This document shows, in pieces, positions 41,862-62,454 of a DNA stretch of 64,000 nucleotides. The position numbers and the translations under genes are program-made. The DNA is from Chrysomallon squamiferum (lineage: Eukaryota > Animalia > Mollusca): the NCBI GenBank assembly GCA_012295275.1, contig CM022671.1, positions 24,614,001 to 24,678,000 on the forward strand, in the 5' to 3' direction. The notes beneath the pieces were generated by a model. It was not told the origin of the DNA. It did not search any database and saw nothing but the letters and a program-made list of their open reading frames with translations. Position 1 is the stretch's first letter. Each line of letters begins with the position of its first letter.

Positions 41862-43033
41862 GCAGCTTTATATAACTGATGTATGTTCTTAATAAAATAT
41901 GCAGCTTTATATAACTGATGTATGTTCTTAATAAAATATGCAGCTTTATATAACTGATGTATGTTCTTAATAAAATATGCAGCTTTATATAACTGGTGTA
42001 TGTTCTTAATAAAATATGCAGCTTTATATAACTGATGTATGTTCTTAATAAAATATGCAGCTTTATATAACTGGTGTATGTTCTTAATAAAATATGCAGC
42101 TTTATATAACTGATGTATGTTCTTAATAAAATATGCAGCTTTATATAACTGATGTATGTTCTTAATAAAATATGCAGCTTTATATAACTGATGTATGTTC
42201 TTAATAAAATATGCAGCTTTATATAACTGATGTATGTTCTTAATAAAATATGCAGCTTTATATAACTGATGTATGTTCTTAATAAAATATGCAGCTTTAT
42301 ATAACTGATGTATGTTCTTAATAAAATATGCAGCTTTATATAACTGGTGTATGTTCTTAATAAAATATGCAGCTTTATATAACTGGTGTATGTTCTTAAT
42401 AAAATATGCAGCTTTATATAACTGGTGTATGTTCTTAATAAAATATGCAGCTTTATATAACTGGTGTATGTTCTTAATAAAATATGCAGCTTTATATAAC
42501 TGGTGTATGTTCTTAATAAAATATGCAGCTTTATATAACTGATGTATGTTCTTAATAAAATATGCAGCTTTATATAACTGATGTATGTTCTTAATAAAAT
42601 ATGCAGCTTTATATAACTGGTGTATGTTCTTAATAAAATATGCAGCTTTATATAACTGATGTATGTTCTTAATAAAATATGCAGCTTTATATAACTGATG
42701 TATGTTCTTAATAAAATATGCAGCTTTATATAACTGGTGTATGTTCTTAATAAAATATGCAGCTTTATATAACTGGTGTATGTTCTTAATAAAATATGCA
42801 GCTTTATATAACCAATGTGTATGTTCTTAATAAAATATGCAGCTTTATATAACTGGTGTATGTTCTTAATAAAATATGCAGCTTTATATAACTGATGTAT
42901 GTTCTTAATAAAATATGCAGCTTTATATAACTGATGTATGTTCTTAATAAAATATGCAGCTTTATATAACTGGTGTATGTTCTTAATGAAATATGCAGCT
43001 TTATATAACTGATGTATGTTCTTAATAAAATAT
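41862..43033. repeat. Minisatellite, 30 x 39 bp: GCAGCTTTATATAACTG(A/G)TGTATGTTCTTAATAAAATAT
   Basis: Read directly. Units are head-to-tail with no spacers; one unit has a 2-bp insertion/variant (about 42810) and one has AATGAA. Confidence 0.97.
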
Positions 43034-43827
43034 AAAATTTATTTGCATTCGATTAGAAACAAAACCGATTGTAAAAAATCTTGTCTCACCAGAAGTGGTT
43101 CGAGCTTCCTTTTGCTGCTCAACTTTTTGCTTAAATTAACTTAAATTCACATTAGCAATTTTTGCCTTTACTATCCCCGTTCTATATATATATACACTCA
43201 TGTATAATAATAATAATAATAAAGTATCTGTCCGGAAATGAACGTTCGGATTAGGTTTCAATAAATACAGTCAAAAGCATTGTCACATGAAAGTAGGCCC
43301 TAAATAAACAGTAAAATATGAACTGAATGCCATTCAAATATTTGCTTAATGTAACCATCAAAGATCTCTGTTTGTTTCTGAAAATAAATATTAAAATAAT
43401 ATGACAGAGATACTCACCTACCCGAGATTGCACTTTATTCAACATTATAATGTACGCTGTAAAGTCAGCCACAGGTAATACGACTAGACAGAGAATAGCA
43501 CGTGGGTTTCGTGTGACAGTGTTGGAACGCATTCAAGCTGAGAAACAGAATAAACTCGGTAACTGTAAACTACTTCAAAGAATCCACGGACATCCATTTG
43601 ATGAATCATTATGGCCATAATATTACTTTTTTTTTTTTTTTTTCTACAAAAATATCAGTGTCTTTTTCTCACTTCTACATCGTTATATTTTCTACATGTG
43701 TAAGCAAAATAATAAATACATTTTTTTTTTTTTTTTTTTAAAAGATAGATAAAACATTATTATTTCTTGGAGCTACTGGTTTTCGGTTAAGTTACAAATG
43801 ATATTTTAAATTCACCTTCCCATTGTG

Positions 43828-43953
<126 letters not shown>

Positions 43954-44480
43954 CGCGTATGCACAGTTGCACACAATTCGTCATTTATACTACTTTGGTT
44001 ACTGCTGTTCGATACTTTTATGCAGACGTTTCGATTTCGCTGACAACATATTATTATTTCGTACAAGACAATTATTATTATTGTTATTAATATATATATA
44101 TTTTTTTTTTTTGACAGTAAAGTTCAGCGGACGGCCATGGACTAAACCCGACTCCCAAAACAAGGACAACCCACGGAGTCTTTGAAGGCCGATAATCTAG
44201 AAGTTTTATCAAATGTCACGACATTTTCCTTTTATCATGACGACACACTGACTAGATCCACTTAGACGACTGTTGACGTGTACACATGCTTGCTTTCATT
44301 TTTTGTATCATTCCAGCTTCTAGGACGAAGTTCCGAACAATGCAGCGAATTCCAAATAGATACAACAATCGCATCGCTGCTGTTTATTTTATTTATTTTT
44401 CTTTTCTCTTTTCTATTATAAAGATCATTCACTTCTTCGTATTTTTTTAAGGTAAATCCTGTTTTTATAGGATTACATAT

Positions 44481-44516
<36 letters not shown>

Positions 44517-45719
44517 CCACCAACGATGTTTCTTCATTAAAGCTTCGAAAGAATTTAGAAGATACGCTAAATAAATAACAACTTCTTTGTCTCATTTATA
44601 TGTTATTGTTAATGTTTTTCCGTCACTATATTTTTTAAGAAAAATAATTTTTCCGTTTCTAAGTTTCTTTTTTTAGTTTATTTAAAAAAACACCACTTAA
44701 AAAAAAAAAAATCTTTATACATTTTCTTAGCTTAGTTTATGATGTTTTTAGTTATCACAGATGTACGTGGACATTGATACAGTCTCAGTATTTTTTGCTC
44801 AAATTCAGTCAATGCATTCAAGATACTGAGCAAACGATGTAACCTATAATATGTAAGTATTATCATCATTCAAACATTTCCACACGCACACAATAATAAC
44901 AGTTTTAAAAGTAAAAGTAAAGAAAAATGATGACTGAAATAAGCTTATGAATTTTGCCATAAAAGGAAAACAAGTCTTACATACTTGAAAATATTTTGAA
45001 TATCCATTTTATTCTTTTATTTTGCTTTTAAGTCAGAGAAAAAAAAAATTGTCGTACTTTTTTTTTTTTTTTGGTTACAGACACAGAACGATGGTAGAGA
45101 AAGCAGTTTTTATAAACATCAAGCGAGCATCTTAATTTATCTGCCAAGGTAATAAAATCAGTTTTTTGTTTGTTTGTTTGTTTAATATAAATGAATTAGT
45201 TTTACACCACACACATCGCTGGTTTATATCCAGCAGTGGGATTTGATCCCTGAAGCTGCTGAATTAATGTTCCTGTTTTTACAGACGTTTTATAAATACG
45301 TGTAGTTTACGATCCCGCCGAGAACGCGCTCGAAGTATTTGAAGCGTTCAGAACACCTTTTTTTTTCTTCTTCTTTTTTATTTCCCTTCTTTTTTTTTTT
45401 TTGTATTCTTCTTCTCTGCATGTTATCTCATCTAAACACGTAGGCTAGGATTCTCCAGAGAACGGCAGAACTCTGATAGACGAGTGAACTGGGGCGGGAT
45501 ACGCTGAACACAACTGTTCATATCAGCAACGTCGTATTTCTTCGTACGACGACAAGAGAGTTGTTGAGTAGCAGTGAGTTGGTTTGGCGAGCCAGAAATA
45601 CAGCGACGACGTAGATTACACGTGAAAACGGGAGTCGCGGATGATAAGAGCGTATAGAGTTGCAAAGGGAAGTATTAAAAGGCATCTGAAAGATCTATAT
45701 ATATATATATATACTTTCA

Positions 45720-45900
45720 CCTGGGTGTTTTATAAGATATATAGCATTTAAAAAAAAATTTAAAAAATAAAAAAAAAGAAGAAGAGGAAAAAGAAAAATG
45801 CATGAAAACGATTGAAAGAGATGTAATAGCACTGCAGGTGCAAAAGAAATATGGAGGATGTAAAAGTAAAATATTTTAAATTTTTGTACGTTGTAAAATG

Positions 45901-45935
<35 letters not shown>

Positions 45936-46710
45936 CCTTAAGAACTTTAATCTTTGCATTTTAGAGATATAGTAAAAATACATAGAAAGAGATATGATAA
46001 CACTGCACTTTAAAATGTTTTTGACTAAATTAGAAACATAATTTTTTAATTTTTAGCAGTATGTGTAGACAGTGTATGTAAAGAATGTGAAAAAAAAAAA
46101 AAAAAAAAAAAAAAAAGATCCCCACCACAGAAATAGACATCAACCAAACAATCTGGCAGAACTCAAGTATTTAGTGTTCCTTTTGGTATTTTAAAAGATA
46201 TTTTGTGTTAAAGATGAGTAAAAATAAACATTCAAAACAGCTGATATAATACAATTGCATTACAGATGAATTTTAATTTTTAATTTTATTTTTATATATA
46301 AAACAGCAACGGAATGTTTTAATTTTAATAGGATGTGAAGATATAGCGTTGCAAAAAAAAAAAAAAAAAAAAAAAAAAAGATAAAACTAAACATACTTAC
46401 TTTCATCTTGGCATTTTAAAACAGACAGTGAATTAAAAATATATAAAGAGTAATTCAATACCCGTTAGGTAAACTGACAAACAGAATATTTTAATGTTGG
46501 AATGACCTGAAGATAACTGCTTTGAAAAAAATATATACCGAAAGAACTACATGTATTTACTTACGTCTGGGTGTTTTTGAAACGCAGATGTTGCTAAATA
46601 CACATAAAGAGAAATGTAATACTACTGCAGGTGTAAAAGAAATTTGGATAAAATAAAAACAGACTGTTTTAATGTTAGCAAGACGTGAATATGCTGAGTT
46701 TGTTTCTAAA
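45720..46710. repeat. Old degenerate ~190-bp tandem array with internal poly-A runs
   Basis: Recurrent blocks, e.g. actgcaggtg(c/t)aaaagaaat at about 45830 and 46624 and ctgggtgtttt at 45721 and 46567. Confidence 0.6.
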
Positions 46711-47789
46711 ACGTTTCAGTGCAGTGAATCATTGTTACGTGTTTTACGTTTTGTCTGTTTGAAGTGCAAAGAGTGGATCGCTTACACTGGCAACACGTGC
46801 CCCCCCCATAGCCGTCGTGTTCATACTTGACTGTGTTAAACGATTCATAATCTGTTGATTGTTATAAAATGGTATTGATTAAAGTACCAAGTATTGTAAT
46901 TACACGAATGAAAAATATCAAAAATTTTAAATAGTGCTTAGAATTTCATTGCATCGTTTGTTAAGCTCAAATACACGCGCACAGAAACGTAGTGTTACAT
47001 ATGTCACATATCTACAGACATAGATACGTATACGTACAAATACGTACATACATACATACATACATACATACATACATACATACATACATACATACATACA
47101 TACATACACATGTACAATGTCTCACAGAAAAGATAACGGTTAACACGGCTATTAATAAATCACTAGTAGGATATTGGTTGGAACTGAAAACAGCTCACAT
47201 GCACACCTGTATAAATATATATATATAAATATAAAAAAGCAAAAAGTTTCTAAGATATTCATCAGATATTCTTTGTATACCTGGCTTATTTTTCTCTTTG
47301 CGTAAATCAATAATGTCAATATTTTTGCAATCAAACTTTTCTTTGCAAAAACATATCGACCAAATTAAACTGATTTTTTCCTCCACTTTTCTCGCAGGAA
47401 TCGTAAATTACGAAAATGTCGAGTATAAAGAGAATGTTGACAGAAAATCTTAAGTGAGAGAGACTGGAGTCACGTTTTATCATTCAAATAAGAATGCCGT
47501 CTTGATTTCCTATGCATATGAATAATCGACTTAAACGATCTTCTTGGGAGAAAATTTACAAAGATACAAAGACAAATAAAAACTAGGAACAAACATATTG
47601 AACAGATTAAAAGGTCGCTGAAAGAGATTTAAAAAAGAAAAGAAAAAAAAAATGTTTTGTTTGGCAAATGATTATTAGCTGTCAGATATATTTATCAGAG
47701 TAATGAGTTACAAATATTTAGTTAAATGATTTAAACAGAAAGTCTTCAAGAGAAGGGATTTTGGAAGTATGATGAAATGTAAAAAGAAA

Positions 47790-47880
<91 letters not shown>

Positions 47881-48032
47881 TACATATATAAACTTTATCT
47901 TTTTTTTTAATGTACTTTAAAGACTGAGTTAATAAGTTTCGTTTATAATATCCTTCAAAGGCTGAGTCCATTGAAAACTTGCATGAAAAATGTCCTTCAG
48001 ATACAATCATTATTAATTTATGGGGCTAATTG

Positions 48033-48109
<77 letters not shown>

Positions 48110-49633
48110 ACACACAGACACACACACACAGACATAATACACACACATAAAGCTTTGTATAACTGCACACGATGAAGTTACAATCATTCTTTAAAAAAGT
48201 TAATACATAAAGATTTAATTTTTAAGTAAAAGTTTCAGATAGTGTGTAAACTTATTATGCAATTCATGAAGTCAAAAGGCATGCAAAAACAAAACTATTT
48301 TTATCACTGACGTTCTTTTGGAATTACATTTATTTTGGAAACTTTCAAGGCCCAGTACAAACCCCGCATGAATACATAGTTATTGTACATATTATTTGTA
48401 GATATTTTTCATAATAAATAAAATACTTACCACGGAGAATTTATTACGATTATACACGATTTTCATGTAGCTTTCATATAAATAGATTTATTTCATACAG
48501 TACTATATAAATACATGTTATCATGTTTGTAAACAAATACTTCTGTCTGTATATCTGTCTCTCTGTCTATATCTCTGTCTCTCTCACATGCACGTTCACA
48601 AAAGCACCACATTCTTTATAACTTCTATATAAACACATCAAACTGTATTTCGTATCTTTTCTTTATAACTTTCATGTAAGAATATTTCTCGATATCAAGT
48701 ACATAAAATCTCATACATGTATGTATTTTATAAAGCGTTTTGCAAATGCCTGTATCTATAAGAAAATTCACAGTTAAAGATACTGTAAAAATTTATGTAT
48801 AATATATAGCATGACTATCTTAAATTTTACATAAATATATTTATTTTGTGTGGCTGTCCAACAAACATGATTGCAAATATGCGATTTCTAGAAATGAATG
48901 CAAGTATTTCGCATAGCTTTCAAACACACATGTGCCGTGAATATCTCTGTATTATATATGTAACTTTCGTATATATATATATATACATACATAAAATGAA
49001 CCCCTCAACCGTTTTAAATAAACATATGAAAAACACATTATTAATATATTTATTCAGAGCATTTTAGGCATTAAGAACAAATTAATAGAGTATTTAATGA
49101 TGTATTCCAGCTAATCTTCCCCAAATCATATTAAAACCAATTTTACGAGCTGTTAGAAACCCGATTTAAAAAGACAGATCAGTTGCTGTATTTATTAATG
49201 CTTTGTATCATTTGTCTTAAGCAGAATTCTCTGACATTCACTGATTCTGACAGCTAATATAACAACATTATTTCAGTTATTATTATTATTATTATTATAA
49301 TTATTATTACTATTATTGTTATTGCTATTATTATTATTATTGTTACTGCTGTTGTTACTGTTATTATTATTATTATTATTATCGTTGTTGTTGTTATTTA
49401 TTTATTTTTTATTTAATTGAAATGTAAAACTGTATTAATTAGATGACAAACAAGAATTTTTCAACCTTTCAGACAGACAGGATAGAATATTTTATTTATT
49501 TATTTATTTATTTATTGACGTTTGATAGGTGCTCTCTTCTATTATTCCCTTTATTTTTACCTTTTTCAAATTAAATCTACTACCACATATCTGACAGACA
49601 CATTTTAAAATCATGAATCCATAGCAGATATTA

Positions 49634-55503
<5,870 letters not shown>

Positions 55504-55539
55504 TGTGAATCACGTCCAGTCTGAAATATAAAAAAAGTT

Positions 55540-55820
55540 ATCAGTTTAAAACACGATCATTTTAAAAATACATTCTTTTTAAAACAAGCAGCTGATGACA
55601 TGAATATTCATATTGTCCTGAGAGTTATATGTTCTCGGTCTAAGACACGATCTGTTTAAAATACGTTCTTTTTAAAACAAGCAGCTGATGTCATGGCTAT
55701 TGATATTGTCCTATAAGTTACATATTATCTGTTTAAAACACGTTCAGCTGATGTCATGAATATTCATACTGTCCTGAGTTATATGTTATATGTTTAAGAC
55801 ACGTTCTTTTTAAAACACTA
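55540..55820. repeat. Three diverged ~90-bp tandem copies (cagctgatgtcatgaatattcat...)
   Basis: cagctgatg at about 55589, 55682 and 55745 with collinear flanks, just upstream of the first coding-exon acceptor. Confidence 0.85.
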
Positions 55821-56018
55821 ATTCTGCACTGCGCGTATACAAATAATGTGTTTTAATCATCTTAACTTCTTATTTTATTTATTTTTAGTTTTTTGAAACA
55901 TGAAAAATCAAACAAAAATATAGATTTTTGTTTCTGTGGAAACTGTAAATATAACTACAACATATTATTTTTAAAAGCTTAGCACGTTGTCCTGGATACA
56001 TGTATAGAATATACATAC

Positions 56019-56064
<46 letters not shown>

Positions 56065-56505
56065 GCAGAATAGAATAGAGTGTGATTAGTTATAATTTTC
56101 TGAAATCATGTACAATAGTTATTATCTAAAACATATAGCTTAAAAATATCTTCATATTAAGTTCATATCTTACTAATAAAACATCGGTATTCCTTTTCTT
56201 GTGAGCACACCTATCTTTTAAATAAAGCTAAAATAAACACAACAACAAAATAAAACAAAAACGAAAAACAACGAAAAGAAAAATAAAACGAAAAAAACAA
56301 CAACAAAAAAACACACGAAAAAACACCACAAAAGAAAAGGACCCAAAGCAAAATGTGGAGAATGGCATTTCTAACCTTCTAAGCATTTCAGCTGACATAA
56401 TGTATACAAAGTAAAGTTTTTAATAAGAGAATGTAAAATTTGGAATTCTAGAGAATAGAGACCTCGCCACAGGTAGTACAATTCAACGGAAGAAGAAGAA
56501 GAAAA

Positions 56506-56606
<101 letters not shown>

Positions 56607-57039
56607 AATCAACAGATAATTAAAAACAATGTAAACGTCACCAAACAAATCTAATAGTCCAAATTTGTCTTTGTGGAAATGAATTCGACACAGTGCAAAA
56701 GTCAAGTCACTACACACAAATAAAACAACAAAACGCTAATGGCCCCATTTAAATGAATTGAAAAACAAAATACTAGTATCCCGCACAGAAATGCATAAAA
56801 CACATCGCCAGTGTACTCACACTCAAGTTAACTGAACACAAAATCGGTGCCTCCAAAAAAAAAAAGAATTCAACACAACTCCAAAAATCACCATAAACAA
56901 ATGAATTTAAAAACAACGCCAAAATCACCGTACACAAAACGATCTTAACACGGCGAGAAAATGTCACCACATTTACAAATGAACACAGGGCAAAAAAAAT
57001 CTCGTAACAGAAGTGAACTCAGAATAACAAAATCGTTAC

Positions 57040-57095
57040 CGTACTCCAGTCTTGAATTGAGAAGAACGTAAAACCAGTGAAGTGAACAGCAAGTG
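57040..57095 (-). other. Candidate proximal non-coding 5' exon of the CPM-like gene
   Basis: Donor G|GTAACG at 57039, Inr-like TCACTT at 57085-57080, no ATG, CpG-containing upstream region. Inferred only. Confidence 0.35.
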
Positions 57096-57794
57096 TCTGT
57101 GTGTGCACAGCGTGGATTAATACGCTCATACCTGTGTGACCGCTGTGTCTAACTGTGATGAGAACGAATGGTTATAAATTACACCTGATTTGTCACTGTG
57201 CTGTAACGTGACAGGTATGGACAACTTGCATGATTTACGTTCCGTACACAAATCCGATCAAAGGCCAGTAAACTCGATCTACGTTTTTATTTTTTAACTA
57301 AGTGTGCACCTATTGTTTTTAATGCAGTATCTTCCACAATCAGATAAATTTACTCTATCGGTTTTGTGTTTTAAATGGCAACAATCAAAATTAAAGATGT
57401 AATGAATTATTTTTGACACAAAGCAGTGAGGTGTATATTTGAATATTAACGCGTGCGTGTGAATGTGTGTGAATGGAAGTATACCGACTGACATAGAGAG
57501 GTCAATAACGAAGATATGAAACAACTAAACAAAACAGAACAATGAATAAAAAAAACACCGTTGTTAAAACTCTGGAACGAGACCGTCGGGTTTAACCGAC
57601 CCCTGCACACACGTGGATTCGCCGGTAATTTTTGAAATACCAATCTTGTAAGTCTGAAACACCACAGGTTTTAATGTCCTTATAACATACAGTGTTTCAC
57701 ATACAAGAGTCGTTTATTTATTTAAAGTTAGAAATGAACTGTGAATTCATTTTTTCTATCATTTGTTACTAGGTGTCAAACTCTAATTGTTTTG

Positions 57795-57843
<49 letters not shown>

Positions 57844-57886
57844 TTTATTATTATTGTTGTTATTGTCGTTGTTATTGTTAAAATTT

Positions 57887-57927
<41 letters not shown>

Positions 57928-58531
57928 CATTACGATGAGATAATATTCGTGGAATGAGGACTATGAATATCAGACATATTTATTTTTTGGATAAAAAAAA
58001 TAAATTAGGCTTCTCCTGCGGTCTGTTAACTAATTAACTACATATTTTTCAGCTAGGAAATTTCTTACATTTTTGTCCCTTAAGAGAGAACACGAAACTT
58101 TCACAAAATTGCAAAATTAAATTTGAAAAAAAAAAAATAAAATAAAATAAAATAAAATAATAATAAATAAATAAAGCAATAAACTGAAAAATCAGTAGAA
58201 CTTATACTTTGGAGAAATTTAAAAAAAAACGCTTTTAATTACAGTTGAATCCTGAATGAATAGAGATTAATTATAAAGAAACAACAGTCATCAATCGATG
58301 AAATATAACGATGGATACACTCTGAATGGAAATCCAAGACTCACATACTAGAAATAACTGATTACTAACATTAATGTGTTTTCTTTCTTTCTAATAAGCG
58401 CATCTCATTTTGAGTAACAAGAAACACGTTGCAAGTATTACGCAAGAGAGGCGTATCAGTCATCTCAAATAACTGGCATTGGTCATCTTTCAGATCAGTA
58501 ACAAACTAACGACATCGAGAGAGACAGTCAG

Positions 58532-59112
<581 letters not shown>

Positions 59113-59238
59113 ACATAATATATCCACTATTACTACTTGTAGCAACTACTGTTAACACAACAAAACAAGAGTTACTACTATTTCCCCTAATATAATTCGC
59201 CGGTGACAAAAAAGTAACTGAAAATTGTAAAATAAAGG

Positions 59239-59290
<52 letters not shown>

Positions 59291-59825
59291 TGTACAAAAG
59301 CAGTTTCCTTATTTTAAAAATACAGCTGTTTATATTACTATGTATAAGAACAAAGATTCGACACCTGCTGGCTATAGATAAAACAAAGATAAAAATGTTC
59401 TCCCATAGTGTTTATATATACATACATTTATATATATATTTAATTTGATATCTGTGAAGCAATAGTTTTTAACAGTTTCGTCACTTTAACACACATACAC
59501 ACACACACACGCACACACGCACGCACGTACATACACAGACATGTATACAATACATTATTATGCTAGCTTTTTATTGTTTGAGCTCTGGAGAGAACTGAAA
59601 AGTGTTGTGAATGGCGGATGACGCAATCCGCTGCTTATTTTTTTTTGTCCAAACACGTTTTACGTGTTTCACTGTCATATTAAAATAATTAAATTCACAC
59701 CCGTGCCACACACATTGCACCTGGTCACATGACATCCCTGCCCCCACTATAGTTTAAAAATCCTCACGACAAATATAGAAATAAATTCATAAATAAGTAA
59801 CAAATAAACCTTTCACTTCACTTAC

Positions 59826-59918
59826 ACTGTAATCTGTGTAATTCCAGAACTCTGTTACAGCTGCTGAATCAGGCACGACGTTATTTCTACGACAACGCAA
59901 AGTCGGAACAGCTACTGA
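59826..59918 (-). promoter_or_regulatory. Candidate distal non-coding first exon/TSS of the CPM-like gene
   Basis: Consensus donor GTAAGT at 59825-59820, initiator-like TCAGT at 59918-59914, CpG-rich, no ATG. Confidence 0.4.
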
Positions 59919-60734
59919 GAAACGACCTTTTTTTTTTTTTTTTTTTTTAAACTTTCCAGTGTTGCGTTGTAAAACAAGTACATGCGGATATACGATTCTG
60001 TTCAAGTAGCATCTGTCCTTGTAATTAGCTTACTATTTTTAGAAACCTTGTGTTGGCGTTGAATGCTGCTGTTGTGTGCACCTCCTGACAGCGTGGTGTC
60101 AAATGTTTACTGAATGAGATGCATAGTACAGCGAGCTAGTGTTGAGTTTGACTTTTTATTTATGATTTTTATTTTATTTTATTACAGATAATATTTCTGT
60201 TTATGTCAATACACACTTTGACTTCCCCAAAATTTATACAATTTTTTTTTTTTATTCAAATTTAAAATGGTTTTTTAATTTTATTTTATCCGTGGGTTAT
60301 CAGTTATTGCAGAAAACAAATGTCACAAAGTTTGACCCCGAGAACATGGTTAGTTTGCATAATTTCAGGATGGCGTCACCTTCAACATTCAATGCTCTAC
60401 AAACTTTTTACTGATGCTGTTTAGACCTTATAAATGTTTTACCCACAGACAGAAAGAAATATGATATCAAAAAAAAAAAAAAAAAAAAAATAATAATATC
60501 GAAATTGCTCTGTGACATCACGTGACGCCATAGGTGAGATTTGCTGCAAATAATGCCCTAAAACCTAAAACAAATCAATTGTTCTGACCATAAACTATGT
60601 TATATACATTAGTTTACAATATTCTGAATGACGCAAACGACATCGTTTTGACGTAATAGGTTTTTGCACATGGCAATGTTAAATTTCACCATCGTTACTA
60701 TCATCATTGTCCCGATCCACTGAGATGAGATTGT

Positions 60735-61540
60735 AAAGACATTCACACGATTCTAATTGGCACAGTCCACAGTCACTTGCACATGGTAACCCGTGCCCCT
60801 ACAAGTACAGCGTTGCAAAGTGCAGCCTGTAGTGCACTTGCTGTGCACCACATTCAACCGTGCATCGTTCTTAATACAAATGATTGGCTTGAATTGGTTG
60901 TTCTCACATTTCCAACCCCAGCCATTTGCATGAAGTACGGTCTCTGTTCCTAGCCACGTCATAATTTGGAAACAAACGCGCAAGGAACGGATAGTTCTAT
61001 CAGTGGTAACTTTGACAGCAAATGCGTCCTCTAAATTCTTTGTTTTCTATTTTCGTTTACTGCCCCGTTTTTTTCCGAGTGATCTGCTTTCCTTGTGCTA
61101 AATAACCATAGCATTAACATTATTCTGAGCAACAGCTCCAATTACAACACAGGATCCATAGAGAGCGGGTTGTCCAGTCCAAATTTTCAGTCTAACTTCA
61201 ATCCCTTCTTAGTGCTGGTCTCTTGTTGTAAATGTTTATTGAAATCCAGCATCACAGTGTTTGTATTCAGAGCAGACTGGCGATGACATTGTCTACAGGA
61301 TTCGTTGCCTTGTGTAAGATCTCCAGCACACCGCAACGGTCTCATTAATGTCTGTTCAAAGACAAGGTCACATCCAGTTCCAGGACCAAAAAAACCTGAC
61401 TTGATATTTTCGGAATACATATACATTCCTTGGCTGAAGGGTTTTCATGCTTTGTAGGTGAAGATACGCTGTCTTTTGGTAATAGAGGTGACCCACAGCA
61501 GCAAACAGAGGCAGACATTCACCAGTAGCACCAACATTTG
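60735..61540 (-). mobile_element. Decayed Academ-type (XPG + Cys-rich zinc finger) DNA transposon ORF fragment
   Basis: Stitching across frameshifts gives ..ALYG..KLPL../SLRVCFQIMTWLG..GWGWKCENNQFKPI..LNVVHSKCTTGCTLQRCTCR/HGLPCASDCGLCQLESCE. This matches the LPPT..HxLRV..QIxxW..WGW..CxC..CxxRCxCR..GLxC..CGxC C-terminus of invertebrate Academ/'Tesmin-CXC-like' transposon proteins as I recall it. Multiple stops and frameshifts. Confidence 0.7.
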
Positions 61541-62454
61541 TTTCCTAAGATCACGTTTGATTTGCCATGACAAATATTCCAGCCACTTTTACCACGTTCA
61601 CGCACAAGAACCATAGTTTATCAAACAACTCGGAGTTTTCTGTAAAATTATCTCAAAGAGCGGTCTCGTTTAAGTTTGGGGTTTTATTTGCTGCAAATCT
61701 CACCTAAGACATGACGTGAATATTCCCGTATATACATACATACACACATATATACATACATACATACATACATACATACATACATACATACATACATACA
61801 TTAGCACAAATAAATGCTACCTGGATATAGGTAGAAACGAGCAATGTACGAATATTAAAAGGCAGACACGATTACAGTTTACTAAGTTAATATCCTAGTT
61901 ATATATTTAACATCAAATGAATGGAATCCGTTTTTGTAGGTAAAGACATTAATTAAACACAAAGATTATTTTGTATTACATAATGTGATATCAACAGTTA
62001 TCTTGTGTTTATAAATGTAAAATGTATCCGTTAATCTCCTGTTAAAATATAAATATATGGTTAGGCACATTTATGGGAAAATTTCAGAAAAAAAGGGTTT
62101 ATTTTACATATGTGAAACAATAAAATATAATTTAGTAGGAGCAAAAAATATTGTTACGTTTTAACTAGTACGTTATATTCTTTTAATTTATTGTATTAGG
62201 AAACGTTTTGATAATTTAGTGTGTTTAATTGTCTTGTCACAGGTGACATCTTGCGGAAATACATTTGTCTAAAACCGTCACGTTTATTCATCCTTGTGTT
62301 AAATGGTGTTGATACATGAACTGCGTAGGTTTAACTTGTATTAGAAAAGTAAACATTTAATTTAATTATGAAAGTACGGTTTATGCTGTGCTTAGAACTG
62401 CACAGCGTAAACTCTTCGTGTTTTTATGTTTGTTATTTGTTATTTGTTTATTTC

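Noticed and set aside
42312-42542. Repeat protein ORF (MFLIKYAALYNWC)n
   Set aside because: By-product of five consecutive G-variant satellite units; no start context or splice support.
41862-43033. CRISPR-like array
   Set aside because: Units are contiguous with no unique spacers, there are no cas genes, and the context is eukaryotic.
60753-60983. Cystine-knot growth factor or toxin ORF
   Set aside because: The cysteine spacing and upstream QIxxW/WGW motifs fit the transposon CXC-like zinc finger once the frameshift near 60795 is corrected.
61187-61537. Secreted protein or selenoprotein (signal-like MLVLLVNVCLCLL with in-frame TGA read-through)
   Set aside because: The same region carries frameshifts and other stops and continues into an Academ-like C-terminus; better explained as transposon decay. 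No SECIS was recognised.
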